Of a DNA stretch of 64,000 nt, positions 49,687 to 59,845 are shown piece by piece (the first letter of the stretch is position 1; every line of letters begins with the position of its first letter). The notes under the pieces were generated by a model. It was not told the origin of the DNA. It was given only the letters and a program-made list of their open reading frames with translations, and ran no database searches. The DNA comes from Actinomycetota bacterium (GTDB lineage: Bacteria > Actinomycetota > Actinomycetes > Nanopelagicales > Nanopelagicaceae), in contig JACSDF010000003.1 of assembly GCA_015660815.1 (NCBI GenBank), forward strand, positions 133,704 to 197,703. The letters are read 5' to 3'. The position numbers and the translations under genes are program-made.

Positions 49687-50262
49687 ATGTCAACAATTCT
49701 CTTCACTGCTTGGGGCTACGGCGTATCAATTTTGGAAGCCGTTGCCGCATTAGTCTCCTTCATTGGAGTCTGGCTAGGTACAACTGGTAAGCGCATCACA
49801 TGGCCTTGGTGGGCTGCAAGTAGCACTCTCTATATGATCTTCTTTTATCAAGCAGATCTATTTGCAAGTGCAGCCGCCCAGATAGTTTTTATTATCGCCG
49901 CATATTTAGGGTGGCGGGATTGGGCACCGACAGGTGCTAAACCAGGTCCATTATCTAATCGCAACCGCGCACAATGGGCAGCTCTAACCATAGTTAGCGT
50001 TGCTCTACTTACACCTTTGCTCACAAGTTTAGGTGCGGCGGCAACGTGGCAGGATGCAATTTTATTTGTTGGAAGTTTGATCGCCCAAATATTGATGGTC
50101 TATGAAAAAATTGAATCCTGGGTTGTATGGCTAATCGTAGATGCTGCAGCGACTTATCTTTATGCCAGTCTGGGATATTGGTTCACAGCGCTTTTGTATT
50201 TTGCTTTTACTATCATTGCACTCATTGGATGGAAGCGCTGGAATGACTCTTATAGCCATTGA
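49687..50262 (+). CDS. pnuC: PnuC-family vitamin transporter (probable thiamine transporter, PnuT-like)
   Basis: 7 TMs, WPWW, YLGWRDW, WQDA, K.ESWVVWLIVD; preceded by a TPP-class riboswitch. Confidence 0.88.
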   Translation: MSTILFTAWGYGVSILEAVAALVSFIGVWLGTTGKRITWPWWAASSTLYMIFFYQADLFASAAAQIVFIIAAYLGWRDWAPTGAKPGPLSNRNRAQWAALTIVSVALLTPLLTSLGAAATWQDAILFVGSLIAQILMVYEKIESWVVWLIVDAAATYLYASLGYWFTALLYFAFTIIALIGWKRWNDSYSH

Positions 50263-50734
50263 CGGTCCTGCTGGGGCCGGGAAAACAACTTTGGCTACCA
50301 AATTTGAAAGGGATTTGTCACTCAATAATTCGGTCTCGGTCATTCACATGGATGATTTATATGCTGGCTGGGAAAATGCACTTGATGAGCAATTAACGCA
50401 AAAACTCAAAGTGATCGTCGAAGCATTCACATCACACAACGCCTTCACGATTTCAATTTTCAACTGGAGTTCAAACTCCTTTGATTCATTTCGAACAATA
50501 GAGCCGACCGACATCCTAATTATTGAAGGCGTTGGAGCGGGTCAAAAAGTAGTTCGTGATGCTGGCGCAACGCTGTATTGGCTCGATATCGAACCCTCCA
50601 TTGGCTTGGAGCGAGTTCTTGCCCGTGATGGTCTCCGCATTGAACTCCAGATGCAAACATGGCAAATCGACCAGGCGAGTTTCTTCGAGAGTGATTTAAC
50701 ACGCAACCATGCAGACCACATCATTACTTCATAG
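50243..50734 (+). CDS. Small P-loop kinase (uridine kinase/NRK-like fold)
   Basis: IAIDGPAGAGKTT, IHMDDLY, IIEGVGA, RDG; start placed at ATG 50243, overlapping the pnuC end by 20 bp. Confidence 0.8.
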   Translation: MTLIAIDGPAGAGKTTLATKFERDLSLNNSVSVIHMDDLYAGWENALDEQLTQKLKVIVEAFTSHNAFTISIFNWSSNSFDSFRTIEPTDILIIEGVGAGQKVVRDAGATLYWLDIEPSIGLERVLARDGLRIELQMQTWQIDQASFFESDLTRNHADHIITS

Positions 50735-50790
50735 CTCCTCTTGGCGCGCCCCGAGCACTTCTTTAAGGTCGAATCCATAAAATTACCCAC

Positions 50791-52686
50791 ATGTCGGATC
50801 TATCGGGTGAGCTCATTGATAGCCGCTATCAATTAATTCGACAGGTAGCCAATGGTGGGATGGCATCTATATATGAGGCCATAGATACTCGCCTAGATCG
50901 CAAAGTTGCCGTAAAAATCATGCACCCACATCTTGCTCAAGACGATGTCTATGTCACGCGTTTCATTCGTGAAGCTAAAGCGGCAGCAGCGCTTTCGCAC
51001 CCCAATATTGTCGCCGTACAGGATCAAGGTTGGAATCAAAATGGAGTCCCAGCAGTCTTCCTAGTCATGGAGCTGATTGAAGGAAGTACATTACGTGAAT
51101 ACTTTAATGAGCGCGGACGCTTCGAAATCAAGGATGCACTTAATTATCTAACTCCAATCTTGAGCGCACTGAGTGCAGCACACTCGATTGGAATAGTGCA
51201 TAGAGATATTAAGCCAGAAAATATCTTGGTCTCACATGAAGGTCGCGTCAAAATCGCTGACTTTGGTTTAGCACGCGGTGACGTCATCGGTTCGACCATG
51301 ACTGCAGAGTCGAGTGTCATTCTAGGTTCGGTCTCATACCTTTCCCCCGAACAAGTCCAGCGAGGAATTGCCGATGCACGAAGTGACGTCTATGCCGTCG
51401 GGATAGTCGCCTTTGAGATGCTCACGGGCGAGAAACCATTCTCAGGTGATACACCAATCCAAATTGCTTATATGCATGTCAATGAAGATGTTCCATCGGT
51501 ACGATCAAAGCGCAGAGAGATTCCCCAAGCATTGGATGAGTTAATATCTCGCGCCACTAACCGTGATCCAGATTTGCGACCTCGAAACGCCGGCGAGTTT
51601 CTCAAGGATTTAGAAGTAATTGCATTGGGGTTAGATCCTAAGAAGAACCAGATGAGACTTGACCTTGATTTACCGGTTGAACCTATTCGTGTGCCATCAC
51701 GCACAAAAGTAAAGCCCGCAATTATTCCTGAAGCGAGCGTTGAAATCAAAGAGACGACTAAACAAATTCGACGAAGAGATGAAAAGAAACATCGAACGAG
51801 CAATCGAGTACGACGAAATAGAAAAATCGCACTCTTGCTTGCAGTCGCGCTAGGAGTGGGCGGTTGGTACACACTTGTAGGACCGGGCTCACGCATAGTT
51901 GTGCCCTCTGTGGTTGGAGGCACTTACGATGATGCGGTTTCTGCATTCACTCCTCTTGGAATTACGAATATTTCCGTGGTAAATCGCTTTGATGAAGAAA
52001 ACTCTTCTGGAACGATTATTGAATCCATACCACCTGGTGGAGGCCGTATCGAAACTGGTGAGAAAGTTACATTAATTATCTCCAAAGGAGCAGAGCGCTA
52101 TACGATCACATCGCTAGTTGGATTAACTCCTGCGGCAGCAGCTGCATCGATCAATAAAAGCCCTTTGAAGGTTGGTAAGAACATTGAGGTATTCAACAAT
52201 GCGATCCCAAAGGGTTTTGTCATTGGCTCGAAACCCAAAGTAGGTACCAAGGTTAAGCGAAATTCAGTGGTGAATATTATTGTGAGTAAAGGCATCGAAA
52301 CCTTTCTAATTCCATCCTACGTTGGTCTTAGTGGTGAGCAGGCACTCAATGAATTGACCGAATCGGGTTTTAATGTGGAAAGCATTTATTCCTTTAATGA
52401 AAACATTCTGGCGGGAACAGTAATATCCCAAAACCCACTAGGAAATTCACAAGCAGCTAAAGGGAGTTCAATTAACCTCATCGTCTCAAAGGGAACAGAA
52501 TTTGTTTTTGTTCCAAATGTCTTCTCATTAGACGAGGTAACTTCAGTGAGAATGCTTGAGGATTTGGATCTTAAAGTTATAGTGAAAAGAGTAGGAGTGA
52601 TGACAACGAAAAAAACCACCACTATCTCCCCTAAAGTGGGCAGTAAAGTTAAACGTGGCAGCACTATCACAATTACCGTAAGGTAG
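50791..52686 (+). CDS. PASTA-domain Ser/Thr protein kinase (PknL/PkaF-like)
   Basis: GGMA, VAVK, HRDIKPEN, DFG, YLSPEQ; one TM; several PASTA repeats. Confidence 0.93.
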   Translation: MSDLSGELIDSRYQLIRQVANGGMASIYEAIDTRLDRKVAVKIMHPHLAQDDVYVTRFIREAKAAAALSHPNIVAVQDQGWNQNGVPAVFLVMELIEGSTLREYFNERGRFEIKDALNYLTPILSALSAAHSIGIVHRDIKPENILVSHEGRVKIADFGLARGDVIGSTMTAESSVILGSVSYLSPEQVQRGIADARSDVYAVGIVAFEMLTGEKPFSGDTPIQIAYMHVNEDVPSVRSKRREIPQALDELISRATNRDPDLRPRNAGEFLKDLEVIALGLDPKKNQMRLDLDLPVEPIRVPSRTKVKPAIIPEASVEIKETTKQIRRRDEKKHRTSNRVRRNRKIALLLAVALGVGGWYTLVGPGSRIVVPSVVGGTYDDAVSAFTPLGITNISVVNRFDEENSSGTIIESIPPGGGRIETGEKVTLIISKGAERYTITSLVGLTPAAAAASINKSPLKVGKNIEVFNNAIPKGFVIGSKPKVGTKVKRNSVVNIIVSKGIETFLIPSYVGLSGEQALNELTESGFNVESIYSFNENILAGTVISQNPLGNSQAAKGSSINLIVSKGTEFVFVPNVFSLDEVTSVRMLEDLDLKVIVKRVGVMTTKKTTTISPKVGSKVKRGSTITITVR

Positions 52687-52690
52687 GCCG

Positions 52691-53554
52691 ATGCCTAAGC
52701 AAATCTCCCGAATCGGTGCCCACACTCCTACTACTGGGGGTATGGCTAAGCGCTCGATTGAATACGCTAAAACGACTGGTGCAGAAGTCATTCAAGTTTT
52801 CGCATCGAATCCGCGCATGTGGGCGATGACAGCGCCAAAACCAGATTTAGATGCTGCCTTTAAAGAAAAAGCAGTCGAGTTAGATATCCATACATATGTT
52901 CATGCACCATTTTTAATTAATTTGGGCTCTCCCACAGAAGCTACGTATTTAAATTCCCTAGCGTCAACTTCATACTCCCTCCAACGTGGAGCCGATATAG
53001 GCGCTCTCGGTGTTGTTATACACACGGGTTCTGCCGTCGATACGAGCCATGTTGAGAAAGCTTGGAAACAGATTCATGAAGGAATGATGCCAATTCTTAA
53101 TGCCTTAAGTGATGATTCCCCATTTCTGCTTCTAGAACCAACCGCTGGACAAGGTCAATCACTGGTAAAAAAATTAGATGACCTCGAACACTATTTAAAA
53201 GCTCTCGAATACCATCCAAAAGTGGGGATTTGTTTAGATACATGTCATGTATTCGCAGCTGGCCACGATATTGCAGTAAAGGGAGGGATGAGTAAAACTC
53301 TCGACCTTCTCGTTGAAATCGCAGGGATTGAGCGATTCAAATTAGTTCACGCTAATGACTCGATGGACATCTGTGGCGCACTTAAAGATCGTCATCAAAA
53401 TATCGGTGATGGACACATTGGGATCGATCCTTTTGCCGAACTTCTCGCTCACCCAGCAACTGCAGGAGTTCCATTAGTTCTGGAAACACCCGGCATGGAG
53501 GAAAAACATACGGTCGAAGTTGCACTTCTTAAGGCACTTCGTGATAAAAAGTGA
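52691..53554 (+). CDS. nfo: Endonuclease IV (AP endonuclease family 2)
   Basis: HAPFLINLGS, VIHTGS, LLEPTAGQG, CLDTCH, HANDS, DRHQNIG, LETP. Confidence 0.93.
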   Translation: MPKQISRIGAHTPTTGGMAKRSIEYAKTTGAEVIQVFASNPRMWAMTAPKPDLDAAFKEKAVELDIHTYVHAPFLINLGSPTEATYLNSLASTSYSLQRGADIGALGVVIHTGSAVDTSHVEKAWKQIHEGMMPILNALSDDSPFLLLEPTAGQGQSLVKKLDDLEHYLKALEYHPKVGICLDTCHVFAAGHDIAVKGGMSKTLDLLVEIAGIERFKLVHANDSMDICGALKDRHQNIGDGHIGIDPFAELLAHPATAGVPLVLETPGMEEKHTVEVALLKALRDKK

Positions 53555-54417
53555 GCAACGCTAAACATCTTTTCAAAATAAAGTTTGCACCTTGGGCCTT
53601 GTTAGCCGTTGCAATGGCATGGGGCTGGTCCTTCGTAATAATGAAAGATGCAATCGGTCGACAGAGCGTGAGTAACTTTCTCTTCACTCGGTTCAGTGTT
53701 GCCGTCGTTGTTATGGTATTGATTCGTCCAAATATTTTGCGGTTAATGAACCGGGATCTGGTCGTTCGCGCCGGTGCCGCTGGCATTTTTCTTGGAAGTG
53801 GTTATATTTTTCAGACTTTGGGGCTTGAACGTACAGGCGCTGCGATAACGGGCTTTGTTACAGGTCTATATATTGTTCTTACACCGATTTTTGCCTCGAT
53901 ATTCTTGCGACAACGCGTCGATCGGTTTACTTGGATTTGTATTGCTATTGCAACTATCGGACTTGCTTTCTTATCTATACGTGGGTGGTCAGTTGGCTTT
54001 GGCGAACTCTTAACCTTTATCAGTGCCATCTTTTTCGCCATCCATATTATCGCGCTGAGCAAATGGAGTTCGGGTCGAGATGCCTACGCAATGACTGTCG
54101 TGCAGTTAGCGATGTGTGCATTTGTATCTGGAATCGCTTCAATTTCTGGTGGTTACTCGCTTCCTCCTGATTTAGGCGTCTGGGCAGTTGTAATTTTCAC
54201 TGCCGTCTTTGCAACCGCTGTCGCTTTTATAATTCAAACATGGTCTCAAGCACATATGAGTGCGACAAAGGTTGCAGTCATTTTAACTATGGAAGTCGTC
54301 TTCGCGGCCCTCTTTGCAATTCTTTTCGGTGGCGAAAGCTTAACTCTGCAAAGCATAATTGGTGGCTTAATGGTCATTACAGCAATGTATTTGATAGTCA
54401 TTAGGCAAGAGAAGTAG
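53551..54417 (+). CDS. DMT/EamA-family transporter
   Basis: Two EamA repeats, about 10 TMs; WGWSF, Q..GL..T, E.VFA. Confidence 0.9.
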   Translation: MSNAKHLFKIKFAPWALLAVAMAWGWSFVIMKDAIGRQSVSNFLFTRFSVAVVVMVLIRPNILRLMNRDLVVRAGAAGIFLGSGYIFQTLGLERTGAAITGFVTGLYIVLTPIFASIFLRQRVDRFTWICIAIATIGLAFLSIRGWSVGFGELLTFISAIFFAIHIIALSKWSSGRDAYAMTVVQLAMCAFVSGIASISGGYSLPPDLGVWAVVIFTAVFATAVAFIIQTWSQAHMSATKVAVILTMEVVFAALFAILFGGESLTLQSIIGGLMVITAMYLIVIRQEK

Positions 54418-54426
54418 GCTCACGAC

Positions 54427-55464
54427 ATGGCAATAGATCTTCGCTCAGATACAGTAACTCAACCATCGCACGGTATGCGAGATGCAATCGCACATGCTCC
54501 TGTGGGTGATGATGTTTATGGTGATGATCCAACGGTCAACTCTCTTGAGTCGCGCGTCGCGGCAATGTTTGGAATGGAGGCGGGAGTATTCACTCCAACA
54601 GGCTCACTCGCCAATCAACTTGCTATTCGAACGCTTGTAGCGCCAGGTGAAGAGTTACTTGCAGAATCCAACTCACATATTGTGCGCGCCGAACTTGGTG
54701 CCGCCGCAGTTTTTAGCGGAATTACAACTAGAACATGGCACTCAGTCAATGGACGATTGAAAGCATCTGATGTTATAGATCTCGCACGTCCCGACTCTGG
54801 TCCATATCTCGTCTCAACAACTGCTATCGCCGTGGAAAATACCCATAACTTTGGCGGCGGAACGGTTCAGTCAATCAAAGAAATCGCCGAGTTGCGGGCA
54901 AAGGCCGATGTGTTGGGGTTAGCACTTCATTTAGATGGAGCACGCATTTGGAATGCTCATATCGCAAGTGGTGTTTCCTTCCTTGAATATGGAAAGTACT
55001 TCGACACTATAAGCGTCTGCTTATCTAAGGGGTTAGGCGCACCCGTAGGTTCAGTAATGATTTCAAATAAGGAGCGCGTCAGCAAAGCTCGGGTTTGGCG
55101 CAAACGATATGGCGCGGGGATGCGACAAGTTGGTATTTTAGCGGCGGCCGGACACTACGCCCTAGATAATAATCTTGAACGATTAGCCGAGGATCATCGA
55201 CTCGCTAAAAAATTAGCCGTTGCAATCGCGGCTATCGATTCAACATTAATTGATCCATCAACCGTTGAGACCAATATTGTTGGCTTGGACCTAACTTCAA
55301 TGTCCTTCTCGGCCGCTGAATTAGCAAAACGTACCCGCGAAGCCGGACTTTGGATAAGCTCACTTGGTCCACATTATGCCCGCTTAGTCACACATATGGA
55401 TTTTGATGATGGGCAATGCGATGAGGCGATTGAAATATTAAAAATAGCCCTCGTGACGAAGTAG
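54427..55464 (+). CDS. ltaE: Low-specificity L-threonine aldolase
   Basis: DLRSDTVT, GDDVYGDDPT, ENTHN, HLDGARIWNA, CLSKGLGAPVGS. Confidence 0.93.
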   Translation: MAIDLRSDTVTQPSHGMRDAIAHAPVGDDVYGDDPTVNSLESRVAAMFGMEAGVFTPTGSLANQLAIRTLVAPGEELLAESNSHIVRAELGAAAVFSGITTRTWHSVNGRLKASDVIDLARPDSGPYLVSTTAIAVENTHNFGGGTVQSIKEIAELRAKADVLGLALHLDGARIWNAHIASGVSFLEYGKYFDTISVCLSKGLGAPVGSVMISNKERVSKARVWRKRYGAGMRQVGILAAAGHYALDNNLERLAEDHRLAKKLAVAIAAIDSTLIDPSTVETNIVGLDLTSMSFSAAELAKRTREAGLWISSLGPHYARLVTHMDFDDGQCDEAIEILKIALVTK

Positions 55465-55911
55465 CCACTCTTTCTTATCTACACCACCAGCGTAGTTTCC
55501 TAAAGCTCCACCGGTTTTTACAATTCGATGACATGGCACAACTAGCATGATTGCATTATTAGCACATGCACTTCCCGCTGCACGAACCGCCGCCGGTGAG
55601 CCCGCCTTTTCTGCAAGATCGGCATAAGAAATAGTTTTGCCAGCCCGAACTTTACGCATTACTTTCCATGCACCCTGTGAAAATGCGGCACCACTCTGAC
55701 GGACTTTTATCGCGTTAATTGCAGAAAAATCTCCATCGAAGTAATCATTTATGAGTTCGCTAATAACTGGAATTGACTTAACAATTTTTACTTCACTACC
55801 AGCATTAAAAGCCGAGATTGTGGTGAGATTTGTACCGATAAGGATTTGATCATCGGCCAATAGATTAAGGGTCCCGATTGGAGTTTTTATTGAGGTTGCA
55901 AGAAGAGTCAC
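55438..55911 (-). CDS. ogt: Methylated-DNA--protein-cysteine methyltransferase
   Basis: TPIG, SYADLA, RAAGSAC..N, active site PCHR, GNYAGG; start placed at GTG 55911. Confidence 0.93.
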   Translation of the reverse strand: MTLLATSIKTPIGTLNLLADDQILIGTNLTTISAFNAGSEVKIVKSIPVISELINDYFDGDFSAINAIKVRQSGAAFSQGAWKVMRKVRAGKTISYADLAEKAGSPAAVRAAGSACANNAIMLVVPCHRIVKTGGALGNYAGGVDKKEWLLRHEGYF

Positions 55912-55921
55912 GTGGGCTAAA

Positions 55922-57268
55922 TTAGCGCTCACGCAACATTTCAGCAACCAAGAAAGCTAGCTCGAGAGACTGCGCGTGATTTAGTCGTGGATCACATGCG
56001 CTTTCATACTTTGTCGCTAAATCCTCATGCGAAATCTTTTCGCCTCCACCGACACACTCAGTCACGTCATCCCCCGTGAGCTCAATATGGATTCCGCCAG
56101 GATGTGTACCGAGCGCTTTATGAACTTCGAAAAAGCCTTTAACTTCATCCAAAACATCGTCAAAACTACGTGTTTTGTAGCCACTCGGTGCCTCGTAAGT
56201 ATTTCCATGCATCGGATCGCAGACCCACAAAACTTTGGCTCCGGATTTAGTAACTCCATCAACTAGACCAGGTAACACCTCACGTATTTTTCCAGCACCC
56301 ATACGCGTGATAAATGTAATTCGACCCGGTTCGCGCTCTGGATCTAATTTTTCAATGAGCGCTAGCGCCGCCTCAACCGTTGTTTGAGGTCCAAGTTTGA
56401 CGCCAATTGGGTTGCGAATCTTAGAAGCAAAATCAATATGTGCGCCATCTAATTGACGAGTACGCTCACCTATCCAGATGAAGTGCGCCGAAACATCGTA
56501 AGGCTCACCTGTACGAGAATCGATGCGAGTAAGCGCCTTCTCGTACTCCAAAATAAGCCCTTCATGACTGGAGAAGAAGTCAACTGATTTAAAAGACTCA
56601 GGATCAACTCCAGCTGATTTCATAAAGGATAAGGCGCGCCCGATTTCATTGGCCATCTGCTCGTAACGAACACCAACTGAAGAGCCACGGATAAATCCTT
56701 TATTCCATTCATGAACTTGGCGAAGATCGGCAAATCCGCCTTGAGTAAAGGCGCGTACTAGATTTAGGGTTGCAGCAGATGTGTTATAGACGCGCACTAA
56801 GCGATGAGGATCCGGGGTGCGCGAAGCCTCATTGAACTCTAAGTCATTGACCGCATCACCGCGATATGCCGGCAACGTAATCTCGCCACGGGTTTCCATA
56901 TCGTTTGAACGAGGCTTAGCAAACTGCCCAGCCATACGTCCGACTTTCACTACCGGAAGACTGGAGTGATACTGCAAAACCGCGGCCATTTGTAGGATCG
57001 TCTTAATCCTATTTCGAATCGAATCGGCAGTGGCCGCTGCAAATGTTTCAGCACAATCTCCACCTTGTAGCCAGAAAGCTTTACCATCTGCAGCCAAAGC
57101 AATGCGAGCCTTCAAATCATCGCACTCTCCAGCAAAGACTAATGGCGGAAAAGATTTCAGCTCGGCGACCGCTGATTTTATCGCCGCTCCCTCTGGGCCA
57201 CCTGGCCAGTTAGGTTGCTGCGCCGCAACCAGGCCAGGTGTGAAGAGAGAATCCAAAGAAGCGTTCAT
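55922..57268 (-). CDS. aroH: Class II DAHP synthase
   Basis: QGGDCAE, GRMAGQFAKPRS, WIGERTRQ, CDPMHGNT, CDPRLN. Confidence 0.95.
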   Translation of the reverse strand: MNASLDSLFTPGLVAAQQPNWPGGPEGAAIKSAVAELKSFPPLVFAGECDDLKARIALAADGKAFWLQGGDCAETFAAATADSIRNRIKTILQMAAVLQYHSSLPVVKVGRMAGQFAKPRSNDMETRGEITLPAYRGDAVNDLEFNEASRTPDPHRLVRVYNTSAATLNLVRAFTQGGFADLRQVHEWNKGFIRGSSVGVRYEQMANEIGRALSFMKSAGVDPESFKSVDFFSSHEGLILEYEKALTRIDSRTGEPYDVSAHFIWIGERTRQLDGAHIDFASKIRNPIGVKLGPQTTVEAALALIEKLDPEREPGRITFITRMGAGKIREVLPGLVDGVTKSGAKVLWVCDPMHGNTYEAPSGYKTRSFDDVLDEVKGFFEVHKALGTHPGGIHIELTGDDVTECVGGGEKISHEDLATKYESACDPRLNHAQSLELAFLVAEMLRER

Positions 57269-57310
57269 GAGGATAAGAGTAGAGAGTTCAAAGGTAGGCG
57301 CGAGATGCGA

Positions 57311-58336
57311 TTAACCAAAGAAAATCTCGGCCTCCTTATAGCGCTCTAGTGGGACAAGCTTCAATTTTTCAGTGGCAGATTCGAGCGGGACACGGACAAT
57401 ATTGGTGCCATGTAGGGCGACCATCTTTCCCCAGTCGCCTTCATGGGCGGCGGTGATTGCATTCAATCCAAAACGCGTCGCGAGAACACGATCAAAGGCA
57501 GTTGGTGTTCCACCACGTTGAATGTGTCCAAGTACCGACGTACGCGCCTCTTTGCCCGTCTTATGCTCAATCTGCTGTGCAAGCCAATCGCCTATTCCAG
57601 CGAGCTTTACGTGACCGAATGAATCTAAGGATTGATCTTTAACGGCCATATCTCCATCTTGAGGAATTGCGCCCTCTGCAATGACGATAATTGGTGAGTA
57701 ATGTGATTTAAAACGAGATTCAACCCAATCGCAGACTTTTTCAACGGAGAATTTTTGTTCTGGAATTAAAATGCAAGCGGCTCCTCCTGCTAGACCCGCG
57801 TGCAGGGCAATCCACCCAGCATGACGACCCATTACTTCAACGATTAATGCACGATGATGGGATTCAGCGGTTGTGTGTAGACGATCAATGGCTTCTACGG
57901 CGATATTAACTGCGGTATCAAAACCAAATGTGTAGTCAGTATTGTCTAAGTCATTATCGATTGTCTTTGGTACGCCAATAACCTTGACGCCTAGTGAATC
58001 TAACTTTGTTGCAACACCTAGCGTGTCTTCTCCGCCAATTGCAATGAGGGCATCGATTCCAGCTTTAGCTAAGTTCTCTTTAATTTTTTCTACGCCACCC
58101 TCGATTTTAAAGGGGTTTGTGCGAGATGAACCTAAGATCGTTCCGCCTCGTGGCAAAATTCCACGCGTTGTTTCAATCGTAAGCGGCATTGTTAAACCCT
58201 CAAGTGGGCCTTTCCAGCCATCGCGAAAACCGACAAACTCATGTCCATACTCTTTAACACCCTTGCGGACAACGGCACGGATAACTGCATTGAGTCCAGG
58301 GCAATCTCCGCCACCTGTAAGCACACCAATACGCAT
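57311..58336 (-). CDS. pfkA: 6-phosphofructokinase (PPi-type signature)
   Basis: MRIGVLTGGGDCPGLN, GGEDT, PKTIDND, MGRHAGWIA, LGHIQRGG; start placed at ATG 58336 (SD GGAG). Confidence 0.93.
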   Translation of the reverse strand: MRIGVLTGGGDCPGLNAVIRAVVRKGVKEYGHEFVGFRDGWKGPLEGLTMPLTIETTRGILPRGGTILGSSRTNPFKIEGGVEKIKENLAKAGIDALIAIGGEDTLGVATKLDSLGVKVIGVPKTIDNDLDNTDYTFGFDTAVNIAVEAIDRLHTTAESHHRALIVEVMGRHAGWIALHAGLAGGAACILIPEQKFSVEKVCDWVESRFKSHYSPIIVIAEGAIPQDGDMAVKDQSLDSFGHVKLAGIGDWLAQQIEHKTGKEARTSVLGHIQRGGTPTAFDRVLATRFGLNAITAAHEGDWGKMVALHGTNIVRVPLESATEKLKLVPLERYKEAEIFFG

Positions 58337-58435
58337 ATTCAACTCCACTAGATAAGAAACATTGATGAAGGGCTGCGTCAATCATTATCGCCCCACCTGT
58401 GGTCAACGCTGACTAGGACAGTCTAGCCTTGCGCT

Positions 58436-59845
58436 ATGGCTAATCGACAACTCATCGCTGGCGTGGATTCTTCGACCCAGTCGGTAAAGGTAGTAATACG
58501 AGATGCCAATACTGGAGAGTTGCTACGAGAAGGTCGCGCTCCACATCCAGATGGAACGCAGATAGATCCAGCCCTCTGGAAAACCGCCCTTGATAATGCC
58601 ATGCATCAAGCAGGCGGAATTGCCGACGTTTCCGCAATCTCCATCGCGGCTCAGCAGCATGGAATGGTGGCGCTAGATCTCAATGGCCAGGTTATACGTC
58701 CGGCCATATTATGGAATGACACGCGTTCGGCGCAAGCCGCGCTCGATTTAAATCGAGAAGAGGGTGGAAATTCAGAGATCGCAAGAAAAGTTGGCTCGCT
58801 CTTAGTCGCATCGTTCACCGCTACCAAACTACGATGGATGGCAGATAATGAACCAGAGAACGCCGCCAACACTGCCGCTATTGCACTTCCCCATGATTGG
58901 CTCTCATGGCAATTGCAAGGTGGTAAAGATTTAAATACTCTCTTTACAGATCGAAGTGATGCTTCTGGCACTGGATATTTCGATCCAACTACTTCGCACT
59001 ACCGCGAAGATATTGTGCGTCTTGCACTTCGCCATGACTCTGAAATTACTCTCCCCCGAATAATTCCGCCTAATGAATTCGGTGGAACATCAATATCAGG
59101 CATTCCCATATCGGCAGGTCTTGGCGACAACGCAGGCGCTGCTCTTGGAGTTCAAGCCCAACAAGGTGATGTTGTTATATCCCTTGGAACAAGTGGCACA
59201 GCTTTTGCAGTATCAGATACCGCAACACATGATCCAAGTGGCGCAGTTGCAGGTTTTGCCGATGGAACTGGACGCTTTTTACCGCTCGTTTGCACTCTCA
59301 ATGCGGCTCGGATTTTAGATGCGGCAACGGGAATTTTAGGTGTATCCCATAATGATGTGGGTCAATTAGCAATGACATCAAAGCCAGGTGCCAATGGCTT
59401 AACGCTCTTGCCATATTTTGAAGGTGAGCGCACTCCTAATCGTCCTAATGCAAAGGGTGTTTTTGCTGGAATGAACACTAAAAATTCAAATCAGGCCGAC
59501 ATCGCGCGAGCAATGATTGAAGGAATGTTGTGCGGTTTAACCGATGCCGTTGATGCTCTCATCGCATTAGGGGTTAGAGTTAATCGAATCTTAATTATCG
59601 GAGGAGCGGCAAAAAATCCTGCCATCCCTGTCATTGCAAGTGCATTGATTGGACGTGAAGTTATCGTTCCGCCAACTGGTGAATATGTGGCAAACGGCGC
59701 AGCTAAGCAAGCGGCATGGGCGCTCTTAGGAGATTTACCTTCATGGGATCTCGGTGAAGTATCACATTTCGAATCGACACCTACTCCAGAAGTCATGGAT
59801 CGATATCGAATACTTAGGGACAACACCGCAGACTGGGATTACTAA
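58436..59845 (+). CDS. xylB: Xylulokinase (FGGY family)
   Basis: GVDSSTQSVK, AQQHG, LWNDTRS, TDRSDASGT, GDNA, SLGTSG, GERTP. Confidence 0.85.
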   Translation: MANRQLIAGVDSSTQSVKVVIRDANTGELLREGRAPHPDGTQIDPALWKTALDNAMHQAGGIADVSAISIAAQQHGMVALDLNGQVIRPAILWNDTRSAQAALDLNREEGGNSEIARKVGSLLVASFTATKLRWMADNEPENAANTAAIALPHDWLSWQLQGGKDLNTLFTDRSDASGTGYFDPTTSHYREDIVRLALRHDSEITLPRIIPPNEFGGTSISGIPISAGLGDNAGAALGVQAQQGDVVISLGTSGTAFAVSDTATHDPSGAVAGFADGTGRFLPLVCTLNAARILDAATGILGVSHNDVGQLAMTSKPGANGLTLLPYFEGERTPNRPNAKGVFAGMNTKNSNQADIARAMIEGMLCGLTDAVDALIALGVRVNRILIIGGAAKNPAIPVIASALIGREVIVPPTGEYVANGAAKQAAWALLGDLPSWDLGEVSHFESTPTPEVMDRYRILRDNTADWDY

